Assembly (NCBI GenBank): GCA_944322585.1
Contig: CALUPB010000002.1
Coordinates: 4,729-68,728, forward strand
Direction of reading: 5' to 3'
DNA length: 64,000 bases
DNA from: an uncultured Bacteroidales bacterium
Lineage (GTDB): Bacteria; Bacteroidota; Bacteroidia; Bacteroidales; UBA932
Positions 43,611 through 54,374 of the stretch are shown here, in pieces (position 1 is the first letter of the stretch; each line of letters begins with the position of its first letter). The position numbers and the translations under genes are program-made. The notes under the pieces are model-generated. The model saw only the letters and a list, made by a program, of their open reading frames with translations, made no database searches and had not been told where the DNA came from.

Positions 43611-46466
43611 TTACTTTTTCGCTGACGACAATGACATCAAGTATACATTGAGCGGCATGGAAGAATCCACCTGAAGTTTCTTCCTCAACCTGTATTTGGC
43701 CACTTCCGCCCCCTTGACCGTAATACCCATGATGTTGGCTATCTCTTTCGTGGACATGTTGAGACGAAGATAGGCGCAAAGCCTGAGGTCATTCGGAGTA
43801 AGGTCTCCGTGCATCGCCTTGAGCGATCTGAAGAACGACTTGTGGATAAGGTCGAAATTAGTGAAAAAATGATTCCAGTTGTCTTCCGTGAATTCCCCGT
43901 CCCTTATTATCTCCATAAGCCTGTCATAATCCTTTTTATGGATACCCGGACGGTCGCTGTAATAAATCCTTGACAGTTCCTCCGAAAGATGCTTGAGGAC
44001 ATTGTTCCTTCTGGCCTCGATCAGCGAATATGTCGCAAGCTCCTTGCTCTTGAGCAGGACGGATTCCTCCAGCTGCTCGTTCCTTATCGACATCAGATCC
44101 CTCTCATGCTTCAGCATTTCCTGCTCCATCGCTTCCGCATTCTTTTTGGCAAGGGCAGTGCGCTGGCGCTCCAGCAGTTTCCTGACAAATATTACCGCCA
44201 TGGCGCACAGCCCCGCAAATGACAGGACATAAAGCATCAGAAATACAGGCGAAGCGAACAGGGAAGGTCTGACCGTGACAGAGATTTCCTTTCTTGCGAC
44301 CTCGTGCCCTATTGCATCGGATGCCCTCAATTCCAGCCTGTAGGTCCCGGCCGGCAGTCTCTGCCAGGACGCTGTCATGTCGTCCCCGAGCATCTGCCAT
44401 GACCAGTCGTATCCGGACAGCATGGATTCTACCTTTATGCGGTTGGGGAACCGTTCTCCTGTCAGGGCGGCATACACCGAAAGTCCGGACTTGTTCGGCA
44501 CCGTGATTCTGTCGTCGGATATCTTGTAAGTCTGCCTGCTGTCCGCCTTTTGCGAACATATCCCCCTGAAGAGGATTTTCACTGCAAGGGAATCCGGAGA
44601 TTGCCCCGAGACATAGTGATGGACAAGAAATCCCTGTTCCGTACCCACAAGATACCTGTCATCGTTCCATGATGCGACCGCACTCGGCTCGGACATGCTC
44701 ATGTCATATTTGGAGCAGTCTACAAAATCGATTATATCGGCCCTGCCGTCAGAGGAAACACCTGCAAGAACCGCCCTGTCGTCCCTTATCAGCCAATAAC
44801 GGCCATGTCTGGCATCCGTTACCATGTCGCAGGTCCTGAACTCCCCGAGGCTCTCGTTGAAAACCTCATACGGCATCATCCTGCGGGTCATGTCATCATA
44901 ATAGCTGAAGCCGTCGGCATCGTGGAAAAGGACGCGGCCTTCCACCTTACAGATGTGCCTGTCCGAACCGCCCCAGTATTCCACGTCCACTACATCCTTG
45001 AGATCTCCGGAAAGACGTAACCTGTACAGACCCGTATACATATGTTCAAGCCAGAGATTGCCGAGATGGTCGACCTCGATCCTGTTGACCGGACGGAGAA
45101 ATCCGTTGACGGTATTCCGGAACCGCCATTTCCCGTCCCCGTCCTGCTCATAGACATACAGAGATGTGAACGAGCCCTGGATCATATACATCCTGCCGTC
45201 ATCTCCCGGAACAAGCCGAGGTTCCGTACCGCCGGGAGCATCGGACAACACAGTGTATCCCCCTCCGTTGTCAAGCCGGTACGTATTCTTCTCGTCCCCG
45301 ACTATGATCTGTCCCATGACTTCCGAAATGCTCCACACCTGATTCGCAGGCCTGATTTTACGGGAAAGCCTCTCCGCATGCTGTCCGGATGACAAATCCA
45401 CGACAGAAAGGCCCTGCTTCGTACCGGCATACAGCCTGTCCCCGCAAACATATGCTGCCGTAATCTCCACAGTATTCGACATGGACGGAGGTATCATATA
45501 GTCCCCGTCCTTGAAAATGACGACAAGGCCCTTTGCAAGGGCAGCCCATACATTACCGCAAGAGTCCTCAATCAGACAATGTACCGTACTGTTTATAAGA
45601 CCGTTGTCAGAATCGAGATGCCACAGCGTATGCCCCGTTTCGGAGAATGCATATATTCCCGAGCCGCGGAATCCGACAATGACAGTCCCGTCAGAACACC
45701 GGATTGCCCTGTTGGCGATCCCCCAATCCTTTCCAAGGCCGTCCACCCTCCTGTAGCCGTCCCGACCTGAAACATACATGCCATCCTTCTCGCATATTGC
45801 GATTCTGCCGCCGGAAGAGGAATGGAATATCTTCATGGCAGGCCCAGGAAGAGCGTCCGGCGGAATAATGTCATAACCTTCGGAAACTCCGTCGTATTTC
45901 CTGATTTCTCCGGAACGCTGCACCAAATACAGACTGCCTTCAAGGACATAATGCCATGATGTAAGGGCATAATGCTGGGACACTTCCTCCGTATCCGTGT
46001 CATATACATAGTAAGTCGAAAAGAATATGAAGAAAATCCTGTTCCCCACTCTCTCTATATACCAGATCTGGTCATTACCGAGCTGTTCACTGTCAAAGCG
46101 TTCTGCGAGAGACACATAAGTCAGGGAACCGTCCTGAGCCGGCACAAGATAGCCGAATTCCCTCAAACCGCCGATATAGACCCTGTCGCTGTCCCGGTCG
46201 GCATACAGGGAACGCAGAAAAACATTCCTGCCTTCCCCGAAAGGATACAGTTTCTCCCATGATTTCCCGTTGAAACGCAACAGGCAGTCATCGTTACAGG
46301 CATATATATAGCCGTTGACATCCTGCGCCATAGACCAGTTCTGGTTGGCAGCTCCGTAGTCCTTCGGTTTATAATTGGTAAAGAACGGAGGGAATGCACC
46401 GGCCGACATGCCGGCAAGGCATATCAGGGAAAAGGTCAGGAGCAGTTTCAGGACAGTCTCTTTCAT
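43611..46466 (-). CDS. Periplasmic beta-propeller/Y_Y_Y sensor fused to a LuxR-type HTH regulator
   Basis: Likely start MKETVLK at 46466; propeller repeats, LPAGTYRLELRA, TM helix, and LTPNDLRLCAYLRLNMSTKEIANIMGITVKGAEVAKYRLRKKL. Confidence 0.9.
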   Translation of the reverse strand: MKETVLKLLLTFSLICLAGMSAGAFPPFFTNYKPKDYGAANQNWSMAQDVNGYIYACNDDCLLRFNGKSWEKLYPFGEGRNVFLRSLYADRDSDRVYIGGLREFGYLVPAQDGSLTYVSLAERFDSEQLGNDQIWYIERVGNRIFFIFFSTYYVYDTDTEEVSQHYALTSWHYVLEGSLYLVQRSGEIRKYDGVSEGYDIIPPDALPGPAMKIFHSSSGGRIAICEKDGMYVSGRDGYRRVDGLGKDWGIANRAIRCSDGTVIVGFRGSGIYAFSETGHTLWHLDSDNGLINSTVHCLIEDSCGNVWAALAKGLVVIFKDGDYMIPPSMSNTVEITAAYVCGDRLYAGTKQGLSVVDLSSGQHAERLSRKIRPANQVWSISEVMGQIIVGDEKNTYRLDNGGGYTVLSDAPGGTEPRLVPGDDGRMYMIQGSFTSLYVYEQDGDGKWRFRNTVNGFLRPVNRIEVDHLGNLWLEHMYTGLYRLRLSGDLKDVVDVEYWGGSDRHICKVEGRVLFHDADGFSYYDDMTRRMMPYEVFNESLGEFRTCDMVTDARHGRYWLIRDDRAVLAGVSSDGRADIIDFVDCSKYDMSMSEPSAVASWNDDRYLVGTEQGFLVHHYVSGQSPDSLAVKILFRGICSQKADSRQTYKISDDRITVPNKSGLSVYAALTGERFPNRIKVESMLSGYDWSWQMLGDDMTASWQRLPAGTYRLELRASDAIGHEVARKEISVTVRPSLFASPVFLMLYVLSFAGLCAMAVIFVRKLLERQRTALAKKNAEAMEQEMLKHERDLMSIRNEQLEESVLLKSKELATYSLIEARRNNVLKHLSEELSRIYYSDRPGIHKKDYDRLMEIIRDGEFTEDNWNHFFTNFDLIHKSFFRSLKAMHGDLTPNDLRLCAYLRLNMSTKEIANIMGITVKGAEVAKYRLRKKLQVDSSMPLNVYLMSLSSAKK

Positions 46467-46494
46467 CTCGGACAGGCTCAAGTCTTTAATACTG

Positions 46495-46502
46495 CAAATT
46501 TA
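46495..46502 (-). promoter_or_regulatory. -7 element of the regulator promoter
   Basis: TAAATTTG on the minus strand, about 30 nt upstream of the ATG. Confidence 0.55.
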
Positions 46503-46535
46503 TGAGTTTTCCCGTATACAAGGGCCATAATATGC

Positions 46536-46572
46536 AAAAAATGAAGACGGTCCGGATCCGGCCGTCTTCATT
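46536..46572 (-). terminator. Intrinsic terminator of the ribosomal protein operon
   Basis: AATGAAGACGG/CCGTCTTCATT stem followed by a T-run on the minus strand, just after rplQ. Confidence 0.8.
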
Positions 46573-46593
46573 CATCGTTATCGGTAAGGCTGA

Positions 46594-47229
46594 TTACTCC
46601 GCCTTGTCCTCTTTTCCTGTTTCTTCAGCTGCAGGAGCTTCCTCTGCGGCTGCCGGAGCTTCCGCCGTTTCAGCAGCCCCGTCCTTCGGAGCCTCCTCTA
46701 CAGCCGGAGTGGCTTCTTCCTTCACTGTTTCAGTTGTCCCTGCAACAGGAGCAGCTTCAGCCGCTACAACCGGAGTAGCGTCAGTCTTTGCTTCTGCGGA
46801 CTTCTTTGAACGGCTGCGGCGTGTACCGCCTTTCTTCTCTTCCTTCTTAGGAGTTGAAGCAAGAGCTGCCTCATTGAAGTCCACCAGCTCGATGAGAGCC
46901 ATATCAGCACCGTCTCCCTGACGGAAACCGATCTTGAGCACGCGGGTATATCCGCCCGGACGGTCGGTGATCTTCGGAGCTATTACACGGAAAAGCTCTG
47001 TGACGGCATATTTGTTCTTCAGATAGCTGAAGACTACACGGCGTGAATGAGTGGTGTCCTCCTTGGATTTGGTAATCAGAGGTTCCACATATGACTTCAA
47101 AGCCTTCGCCTTGGCAACCGTAGTCTTGATCCTCTTGTGGAGGATAAGAGAGGTGGCCATATTGGCGAGGAGAGCTTTGCGATGACCACTCTTGCGTCCG
47201 AGGTGGTTGATTGCTTTATTGTGCCTCAT
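46594..47229 (-). CDS. rplQ: 50S ribosomal protein L17 with long Ala/Glu-rich tail
   Basis: [21 protein letters not shown]...RPGGYTRV. Confidence 0.98.
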   Translation of the reverse strand: MRHNKAINHLGRKSGHRKALLANMATSLILHKRIKTTVAKAKALKSYVEPLITKSKEDTTHSRRVVFSYLKNKYAVTELFRVIAPKITDRPGGYTRVLKIGFRQGDGADMALIELVDFNEAALASTPKKEEKKGGTRRSRSKKSAEAKTDATPVVAAEAAPVAGTTETVKEEATPAVEEAPKDGAAETAEAPAAAEEAPAAEETGKEDKAE

Positions 47230-47231
47230 AC

Positions 47232-48239
47232 TTATACAGTCTTTTTCTTGGGTTCAATATTATATTTTGTAACATCCATTCCGAATGAAAGCTTCATCTT
47301 CTCGACAAGCTGGTCGATTTCATTGAGGGACTTCCGCCCGAAATTCCTGAACTTCATGAGTTCCGACCTTGAATACGATACAAGGTCTGCGAAAGTATCG
47401 ATGTCGGCAGCCTTCAGACAGTTGTATGCCCTGACAGACAGCCCCATGTCCGAGAGCTTGGTCAGAAGCAGATGCCTCATTCTGAGCGACTCCTCGTCAA
47501 GTTCCTTGGAATCCGACTCGACAGCACTCTCAAGAGAAAGTTTCCTGTCGTCAGTAAACAGCTTGAAATGATAGATAAGGATATTCGCAGCCTCCTGAAG
47601 CGCTACATTAGGAGTAATGGAACCGTCCGTAACTATCTCAAGGTTCAGTTTTTCATAATCGGTCTTCTGCTCGACACGCCAGTTCTCCATCGACCAGTTG
47701 ACATTGACTATAGGAGTATAGATCGCATCAACCGGAATTGTCCCTATAGGAGTATTCTCGTCCCTGTTCTCATCTGCAGGTACAAAACCGCGGCCCTTGC
47801 TGATGTTCAGGGAGATTTCCAGCTTCACAGCCGTCTCCAGTGAACAGATATGGAGTTCCGGATTCAACACCTTGAAAGAGGACAATCCTTTTGAGATATC
47901 TTCCGCTGTAAACTCCTGCTTACCGCTGATGACTATGTTTGCCACCTCCGAGTCCACAGTCTCCACCATCCTCTTGAACCTGACCTGTTTGAGGTTAAGG
48001 ATGATATCCTGCATACCCTCGATCACTCCGGGGATGGTAGCGAACTCCTGGTCCACTCCCGAAATCCTGACCGAATTGATAGCAAAACCTTCCAGAGAAG
48101 ACAATAATATCCTGCGAAGGGCGTTACCTATGGTCTGTGCATAGCCAGGCTCAAGCGGCCTGAACTCAAAACGGCCGACGGTATCCGTCCCTTCGAGCAT
48201 TATCACCTTGTCCGGCTTCTGAAATGCTAAGATTGCCAT
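47232..48239 (-). CDS. rpoA: RNA polymerase alpha subunit
   Basis: [22 protein letters not shown]; [10 protein letters not shown]; NFGRKSL. Confidence 0.99.
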   Translation of the reverse strand: MAILAFQKPDKVIMLEGTDTVGRFEFRPLEPGYAQTIGNALRRILLSSLEGFAINSVRISGVDQEFATIPGVIEGMQDIILNLKQVRFKRMVETVDSEVANIVISGKQEFTAEDISKGLSSFKVLNPELHICSLETAVKLEISLNISKGRGFVPADENRDENTPIGTIPVDAIYTPIVNVNWSMENWRVEQKTDYEKLNLEIVTDGSITPNVALQEAANILIYHFKLFTDDRKLSLESAVESDSKELDEESLRMRHLLLTKLSDMGLSVRAYNCLKAADIDTFADLVSYSRSELMKFRNFGRKSLNEIDQLVEKMKLSFGMDVTKYNIEPKKKTV

Positions 48240-48265
48240 ATTGTTCTTTATTAAGGTGTTAATTA

Positions 48266-48868
48266 TTATTTAGAGTAAAGCTCGACGATCAGCTGCTCGT
48301 TGATGTTCTCAGGGATTTCCTCCCTTACCGGCACATTGAGGTATTTGCCTGTCAATGCCTTGGTGTCGAACTCGATCCATGAGTACTTTGGAGCGGCGGC
48401 GACACTTGCGGTTATGACTTCAAGGCTCTTCGACCTCTCCCTGACAGCCACTACATCGCCCGGCTTCACAAGAGCGGACGGGATGTTGCACACCTCTCCG
48501 TTCCTGGTGATGTGGCAGTGTGTCACAAGCTGACGGGCAGCAGCCCTCGTAGGGGCTATACCCATACGGTAAACGATGTTGTCCAGACGGGACTCAAGCA
48601 GGAAGATAAGGTTCTCGCCTTTCTGTCCCTTCATGCGGGAAGCCTTCTCGTAAAGGTTACGGAACTGCCTTTCAAGCAGGCCGTAAGTATATTTGACTTT
48701 CTGCTTCTCCTTCAGCTGTGTACCGTACTCGGAAGATTTCTTGCGCTTGCGGGCGAGACCGTGCTGTCCCGGAGGATAATTTCTCTTCTCGAAATCCTTG
48801 TCTGCCCCGAAGATAGGCTCGCCGAATTTACGTGCAATCTTAGTTGTTGGTCCAATATATCTTGCCAT
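48266..48868 (-). CDS. rpsD: 30S ribosomal protein S4
   Basis: MARYIGP; [13 protein letters not shown]; IVELYSK. Confidence 0.99.
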   Translation of the reverse strand: MARYIGPTTKIARKFGEPIFGADKDFEKRNYPPGQHGLARKRKKSSEYGTQLKEKQKVKYTYGLLERQFRNLYEKASRMKGQKGENLIFLLESRLDNIVYRMGIAPTRAAARQLVTHCHITRNGEVCNIPSALVKPGDVVAVRERSKSLEVITASVAAAPKYSWIEFDTKALTGKYLNVPVREEIPENINEQLIVELYSK

Positions 48869-48901
48869 AGTAATATATCCTTTAATGCATTGTTACAAAA
48901 A

Positions 48902-49294
48902 TTAAACTTTACGACGGCCTTTTGGTCTGCAACCATTGTGTGGCATTGGAGTGACGTCGATGATCTCTGTAACCTCGATACCTGCACCGTGGATTGTCCT
49001 GATTGCGGACTCACGCCCTGCACCAGGTCCCTTGACATAGACCTTGACTTTCTTCAGTCCGAGGTCGAAAGCTGTCTTTGCAGCCTCTGCTGCAGCTACC
49101 TGAGCAGCATACGGTGTGTTCTTCTTCGAACCCCTGAAACCGCATTTTCCTGCAGAGGACCAGCTGATAACCTGTCCCACATTGTTGGTAAGGGAGATTA
49201 TCACATTGTTGAAGGTCGATGAAATATGGGCCTCGCCATAAGCGTCAACCTTTACAACTCTTTTCTTGCTTGTTGTTCCTGTTTTCTTTGCCAT
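48902..49294 (-). CDS. rpsK: 30S ribosomal protein S11
   Basis: [10 protein letters not shown]; [10 protein letters not shown]; PHNGCRP. Confidence 0.99.
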   Translation of the reverse strand: MAKKTGTTSKKRVVKVDAYGEAHISSTFNNVIISLTNNVGQVISWSSAGKCGFRGSKKNTPYAAQVAAAEAAKTAFDLGLKKVKVYVKGPGAGRESAIRTIHGAGIEVTEIIDVTPMPHNGCRPKGRRKV

Positions 49295-49307
49295 AATTCA
49301 TCATCCG

Positions 49308-49685
49308 TTATTTGGTTGCCTTCTTCTTGTTGGCAACGGTTTTCTTCTTACCCTTCCTTGTACGGGCATTGTTCTTGGTGCTCTGCCCGCGCACAGGGAG
49401 TCCGAGACGATGACGGATACCCCTGTAGCATCCGATATCCATCAGACGCTTGATGTTCATCTGAATTGCAGACCTGAGCTCTCCCTCGATCTTGTACTGC
49501 TCGGCAATCACACTACGGATACCCGCGATCTGCTCGTCGTTCCATTCTCCGACCTTCGTGTCGAAGTCGATGCCCAGACCTGAAAGGATCTTCCTGGCTG
49601 AGCTGCGGCCTATGCCGAAGATATAGGTAAGACCTATCTCTCCTCTCTTGTTGTTAGGTAAATCAACACCGGCTATTCTTGCCAT
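49308..49685 (-). CDS. rpsM: 30S ribosomal protein S13
   Basis: [10 protein letters not shown]; [18 protein letters not shown]. Confidence 0.99.
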   Translation of the reverse strand: MARIAGVDLPNNKRGEIGLTYIFGIGRSSARKILSGLGIDFDTKVGEWNDEQIAGIRSVIAEQYKIEGELRSAIQMNIKRLMDIGCYRGIRHRLGLPVRGQSTKNNARTRKGKKKTVANKKKATK

Positions 49686-49716
49686 AATTATATCAGCTTT
49701 ATTTGTTAACGACTAA

Positions 49717-49833
49717 TTATCCCTGGCGCATCTTGAACTTCGGGTTCTTCTTGCAAATCACATAAAGACGGCCTTTGCGCTTTACGATCTTGCAGTCTTC
49801 GCTGCGCTTCTTGATGGATGCTTTTACTTTCAT
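49717..49833 (-). CDS. rpmJ: 50S ribosomal protein L36 (type B)
   Basis: True start at 49833: [38 protein letters not shown]. Confidence 0.97.
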   Translation of the reverse strand: MKVKASIKKRSEDCKIVKRKGRLYVICKKNPKFKMRQG

Positions 49834-49858
49834 TATCGTAAAAATTTTAAACTTGCGT

Positions 49859-50077
49859 TTATTTGTATCTGAAAGAAATTCTTCCTTTTGATAAATCATA
49901 AGGTGACATTTCCACCTTCACCCTGTCCCCGGGAAGTATCTTGATGTAGTTCATCCTCATCTTCCCGGAAATATGGGCTATGATGACATGCCCGTTTTCC
50001 AATTCGACCTTGAACATTGCGTTAGGTAGAGTCTCGATGATTACCCCCTCCTGTTCGATTGCTGATTGCTTTGGCAT
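49859..50077 (-). CDS. infA: Translation initiation factor IF-1
   Basis: [14 protein letters not shown]; [16 protein letters not shown]. Confidence 0.99.
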   Translation of the reverse strand: MPKQSAIEQEGVIIETLPNAMFKVELENGHVIIAHISGKMRMNYIKILPGDRVKVEMSPYDLSKGRISFRYK

Positions 50078-50086
50078 AATATCACT

Positions 50087-50860
50087 TTAAAATTTAACAT
50101 CCTTTTCAATGAAATCAAAGGTTGACAGTACTTCAGGAGTCCCTTTACGGACAACAACCGTAAGTTCGTAATGAGCCGATTTCCTGTGGTCCGCGGTATG
50201 TACTGCCCAACCATTCCTAGCCAAGTACACACCTCTCGTCCCGGCATTGACCATCGGTTCAATACAGATAGTCATCCCGTCGGTCAGCTTTGCACCCCGA
50301 CCCGGACGCCCGTAGTTGGGCACTCCCGGATTCTCATGCATCTTCTGTCCGATTCCGTGTCCTTCCAGTTCGCGGACAACGGAGAACCCGAATGACTCTA
50401 CATACGACTGTACCGCGTATCCGATATCACCGACCCTGTTCCCGTCGACAGCGGCTGCGATGCCTTTGTAAAGCGATGCCTTCGTCACGTCAAGAAGCCT
50501 GCGGGTCTCTTCGTCGACCTCCCCTACCGGGAAAGTGTAGGCAGAGTCCCCGTTATAGCCCTTGTACAAGGTGCCGCAGTCAACCGACACGACATCGCCT
50601 TCCTTCAGGACATAATCCGAAGGGAAGCCATGCACTACGACATCGTTCACCGACATGCAGAGCGCTGCAGGAAAACCGTCATACCCGAGGAAGCTCGGAA
50701 TAGCTCCGTGGTCACGGATAAAGGTCTCAGCCACCCTATTCAACTCGAGAGTTGTCACACCAGGGGCGACTCTCTTACCGACCTCCGCCAATGTCTTGGA
50801 TACGAGAATGGCATTCTCGCGCATCAGCTCTATCTCTTCCTCTGTCTTAGGTCTTACCAT
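50087..50860 (-). CDS. map: Methionine aminopeptidase type I
   Basis: SVNDVVVHGFP, VDCG, GDSAYT, GHGIG, IEPM, HYE. Confidence 0.98.
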   Translation of the reverse strand: MVRPKTEEEIELMRENAILVSKTLAEVGKRVAPGVTTLELNRVAETFIRDHGAIPSFLGYDGFPAALCMSVNDVVVHGFPSDYVLKEGDVVSVDCGTLYKGYNGDSAYTFPVGEVDEETRRLLDVTKASLYKGIAAAVDGNRVGDIGYAVQSYVESFGFSVVRELEGHGIGQKMHENPGVPNYGRPGRGAKLTDGMTICIEPMVNAGTRGVYLARNGWAVHTADHRKSAHYELTVVVRKGTPEVLSTFDFIEKDVKF

Positions 50861-50882
50861 CTTCCAAAGAACTTCATCGAAA

Positions 50883-52220
50883 CTACATTCCGGAACGTCC
50901 TTTCAGACGACCGGTCTTCATCAGTCCGTCATAATGACGCATCAAAAGATGACTTTCTATCTGCTTGAGCGTGTCGAGGACAACACCGACAAGGATCAGG
51001 AGGGAAGTTCCTCCATAGAAACTTGCAAACTGGTTGTTGATCCCCAGCAGCATTGCAAATGCCGGAAGTATTGCGATAAGGGCAAGGAAAATAGAACCTG
51101 GGAGAGTCACTCTCGACATTATGGAATCAAGATACTCCACTGTCTTCTTGCCAGGCTTTACTCCCGGGATAAACCCGCCGTTCTTCTTCATGTCCTCGGC
51201 CATCATTGTCGGGTTGACCGTAACGGCCGTGTAGAAATATGTGAAAAGTACGACGAGGATACCGAATATAAGGTTATACCAGAAACCGGTATAATCGCTC
51301 AGCGTTGCCGCCAGTCCGCGCGTTGCGTCGAACTGGGAGAAAATCAGAGGGAAAAGCATCAGCGCCTGGGCAAAGATGATAGGCATCACGCCGGCAGCGT
51401 TGACTTTCATCGGGATGTACTGGCGCACACCGCCGTACTGTTTGTTCCCCACGATTCTCTTTGCATACTGTACAGGCACCTTCCTGACTCCCTGCACGAG
51501 AGCGATGGCAGCCACGAAGACGAAGAACAGTATGAGAAACTCGACAATCAGAAGGAGGAGTCCTCCCGTAGTCGAACTGAGCTTGGAACCGATTTCGGCC
51601 GTAAGGGCATACGGGAGACGGGCTATGATACCGACCATGATGATAAGGGATATACCGTTACCTATACCGCGGTCGGTAATGCGCTCTCCGAGCCACATGA
51701 CGAACATTGTCCCGCCTATGAGGATAATTGTCGAAACGAGATTGAACCAGAAAGAAGACCATCCGAGCCTGTTGATTGCCAGGAAGGCGGCTTCAGGTAT
51801 CTGGTTGTGAAGGGCAGCCATGTATGCAGGGCCCTGGATACAGAGGATAAGGATGGTCAGATATCTTGTCATCTGCGTCATCTTCCTCCTGCCGCTTTCC
51901 CCCTCCATCTGGAGTTTCCTGAAATAAGGGACGAAAACGCCGAGAAGCTGGATGACGATGGATGCCGAAATATAAGGCATCACTCCCAGCGCAAAGATAG
52001 AGGCATTGCCGAATGCTCCTCCGGAGAACATGTTCAGAAGACCGACAAGACCAGTCGAAGCCGTGTCCTGGAGATTTGCAAGCATCGTGGAGTCAATGCC
52101 CGGAAGCACTACAAAGCATCCGAGACGATAGACAAGAAGCAGGAGGACAGTGTACCCTATCCTCTTGCGCAATTCCTCGATCTTGAAGATGTTCTTGATT
52201 GTCTGGATAAACTTCTTCAT
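50883..52220 (-). CDS. secY: Preprotein translocase SecY
   Basis: SIFALGVMPYISASI; GIGNGISLII; GGTSLLILVGV. Confidence 0.99.
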   Translation of the reverse strand: MKKFIQTIKNIFKIEELRKRIGYTVLLLLVYRLGCFVVLPGIDSTMLANLQDTASTGLVGLLNMFSGGAFGNASIFALGVMPYISASIVIQLLGVFVPYFRKLQMEGESGRRKMTQMTRYLTILILCIQGPAYMAALHNQIPEAAFLAINRLGWSSFWFNLVSTIILIGGTMFVMWLGERITDRGIGNGISLIIMVGIIARLPYALTAEIGSKLSSTTGGLLLLIVEFLILFFVFVAAIALVQGVRKVPVQYAKRIVGNKQYGGVRQYIPMKVNAAGVMPIIFAQALMLFPLIFSQFDATRGLAATLSDYTGFWYNLIFGILVVLFTYFYTAVTVNPTMMAEDMKKNGGFIPGVKPGKKTVEYLDSIMSRVTLPGSIFLALIAILPAFAMLLGINNQFASFYGGTSLLILVGVVLDTLKQIESHLLMRHYDGLMKTGRLKGRSGM

Positions 52221-52222
52221 CT

Positions 52223-52678
52223 TTATCTCTGTTCAATTATGGTTGTCTTCCCGCCGGCAGCCTCAATCTTCTCTACAGCCGATTTGGAGAATGCATGGGC
52301 AGAGACCTCCACCTTGGCCTTGAGTTCCCCGTTGCCGAGGATCTTCACAAGCTCGTTCTTCGAGATGTAGCCTGCCTGCCTGAGAATATCGAGATTGATT
52401 TCCGAAACCCCGGCCTTTTCAGCAAGTTCCTGGAGAACGGCCACATTGATGCCCTTGTACTCCACACGGTTCGGATTCTTGAATCCGAATTTCGGAACCC
52501 TTCTCTGAAGAGGCATCTGGCCTCCCTCGAAACCTATCTTGTGAGAGTAACCCGAACGGGCCTGGGCTCCCTTGTGACCGCGGGTAGATGTTCCGCCGTG
52601 TCCCGAACCTTCGCCGCGTCCGATCCTCTTCTCTCTTCCTTTAGAACCTGGTGCTGGTTTCAAATTATGTAATTTCAT
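52223..52678 (-). CDS. rplO: 50S ribosomal protein L15
   Basis: GRGEGSGHGGTSTRGHKG; FEGGQMPL. Confidence 0.99.
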   Translation of the reverse strand: MKLHNLKPAPGSKGREKRIGRGEGSGHGGTSTRGHKGAQARSGYSHKIGFEGGQMPLQRRVPKFGFKNPNRVEYKGINVAVLQELAEKAGVSEINLDILRQAGYISKNELVKILGNGELKAKVEVSAHAFSKSAVEKIEAAGGKTTIIEQR

Positions 52679-52691
52679 CTGTCAGTCCTCC

Positions 52692-52874
52692 CTATTTTGT
52701 TTCCTCTACAGTTACCAGGTGACGAACCTTGTCCAGCATGCCTTTTGACACCGGAGTGAGTTCCACCTCTACAGTCTGGTGCATCCTGTGAATCCCGAGA
52801 GACTGAAGATTTGCTATCTGCCTCTTGGTCGCACCGTTTCTGCTCTTTATCTGGGTAATCTTGATCTTAGCCAT
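52692..52874 (-). CDS. rpmD: 50S ribosomal protein L30
   Basis: KIKITQIKS...LGI...GML.KV.HLV. Confidence 0.97.
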   Translation of the reverse strand: MAKIKITQIKSRNGATKRQIANLQSLGIHRMHQTVEVELTPVSKGMLDKVRHLVTVEETK

Positions 52875-52888
52875 TTGTGTGTCCTCCT

Positions 52889-53407
52889 TTAACCGTTAAA
52901 CACTCTGCTCATAGGAATACCGCGGAGCCCTGCAACCGTATAGGCATCCCTCATCTCCGACAGGGCCGCAATAGTAGCCTTGACAAGGTTGTGAGGGTTG
53001 GATGAACCCTTGGATTTCGCAAGCACGTTCTGTATGCCGACAGACTCGAACACTGCACGCATCGCACCTCCTGCCTTCACTCCCGTACCGGGAGCTGCAG
53101 GCTTCATGAATACCCTTGCGCCGCCGAACTTGGCCTCCTGCTCGTGCGGGATGGTCTTGTTGAGGACAGGTACCTTCACGAGATTTTTCTTCGCATCCTC
53201 GATCCCCTTGGAAATTGCAGTCGTAACTTCATTGGCTTTTCCAAGACCATAGCCTACGACTCCGTTCTCGTCACCAACCACAACAATGGCTGCAAAGCTG
53301 AAGTGCCGTCCGCCCTTCGTAACCTTGGTCACCCTGCGGATAGCCACCAATCTGTCTTTCAATTCAAGATCAGATGTCTTTACTCTTTTAACATTCGTAT
53401 TTGCCAT
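52889..53407 (-). CDS. rpsE: 30S ribosomal protein S5
   Basis: [22 protein letters not shown]; PAAPGTGV. Confidence 0.99.
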   Translation of the reverse strand: MANTNVKRVKTSDLELKDRLVAIRRVTKVTKGGRHFSFAAIVVVGDENGVVGYGLGKANEVTTAISKGIEDAKKNLVKVPVLNKTIPHEQEAKFGGARVFMKPAAPGTGVKAGGAMRAVFESVGIQNVLAKSKGSSNPHNLVKATIAALSEMRDAYTVAGLRGIPMSRVFNG

Positions 53408-53416
53408 AGTCTCTGA

Positions 53417-53779
53417 TTAGAATATGAGGCCACCCTCGCGGGCAGCTTCTGCCAAACTTTTAACTCTACCATGATAAAGGTAACCTCCACGGTCGAAAGA
53501 AATCGTGGTGATACCCTTGGCAAGCGCACGCTCCGCGATAGCCTTTCCTACCAGAGCAGCTGCCTCGATTCCGGTCTTGCCCTTGCAAGCTGCGGCAAGC
53601 TCCGTGTCGTTTGAAGCGGCAGCCACCAGAGTGTTGCCCTTCGTGTCATCAATAACCTGTACGTAAATCTGCTTGTTGCTTCTGAACACAACCATTCTCG
53701 GCCTTTCAGCGGTACCGTTGACAACTTTACGGATACGGTAATGAATCCTTTTCCTTCTTTCTATCTTATTCAATGCCAT
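53417..53779 (-). CDS. rplR: 50S ribosomal protein L18
   Basis: [14 protein letters not shown]; [12 protein letters not shown]. Confidence 0.99.
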   Translation of the reverse strand: MALNKIERRKRIHYRIRKVVNGTAERPRMVVFRSNKQIYVQVIDDTKGNTLVAAASNDTELAAACKGKTGIEAAALVGKAIAERALAKGITTISFDRGGYLYHGRVKSLAEAAREGGLIF

Positions 53780-53795
53780 AACTCATCCTCCTGAT

Positions 53796-54356
53796 TTATT
53801 TAGCACCTGCTGACTTGCCGGCCTTGCGGCGGAGCTGTTCGCCTACGAACTTGATACCCTTACCCTTGTATGGTTCAGGTTTGCGCAGAGAACGTATCTT
53901 TGCTGCGACCTGGCCTATGAGCTGCTTGTCATGGCTCCTGAGGATAAGCACAGGATTCTGGCCTTTCTTGACTTCGGCAGCTTCCGCCTTGACTTCTGCA
54001 GGAAGCATCATATGGATATCATGCGAGAATCCCAGAGCGAACTCAAGGATCTGTCCCTTGACATCTACACGGTAACCCACTCCGACAAGTTCCTGACGGA
54101 TCTCATATCCTTCTGAAACACCCACAACCATGTTGTGTACCAGAGCACGGTAAAGTCCGTGCATAGAACGGTGCCTCGGAAGATCGGTCGGACGGGTAAA
54201 CTTGATTTCATCTCCCTCTATGGCGACAGTGATAGCAGAATCGACCTTCTGGCTCAGTTCGCCTTTCGGGCCTTTAACCTTGACCACGTTGCCCGGAAGA
54301 AGCTCTGCTTTCACTCCGGCTGGCAGGTGTACAGGCAATTTACCAATTCTTGACAT
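53796..54356 (-). CDS. rplF: 50S ribosomal protein L6
   Basis: MSRIGKLP; PEPYKGKGIK. Confidence 0.99.
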   Translation of the reverse strand: MSRIGKLPVHLPAGVKAELLPGNVVKVKGPKGELSQKVDSAITVAIEGDEIKFTRPTDLPRHRSMHGLYRALVHNMVVGVSEGYEIRQELVGVGYRVDVKGQILEFALGFSHDIHMMLPAEVKAEAAEVKKGQNPVLILRSHDKQLIGQVAAKIRSLRKPEPYKGKGIKFVGEQLRRKAGKSAGAK

Positions 54357-54374
54357 TATTCTATTCTTTTAGGA

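Noticed and set aside
50087-52220. Absence of adk between secY and map
   Set aside because: secY-map-infA is the usual Bacteroidales arrangement.
50655-52370. 571-aa plus-strand ORF
   Set aside because: Antisense shadow of secY/map with no recognisable motifs; expected from codon bias in GC-rich genes.
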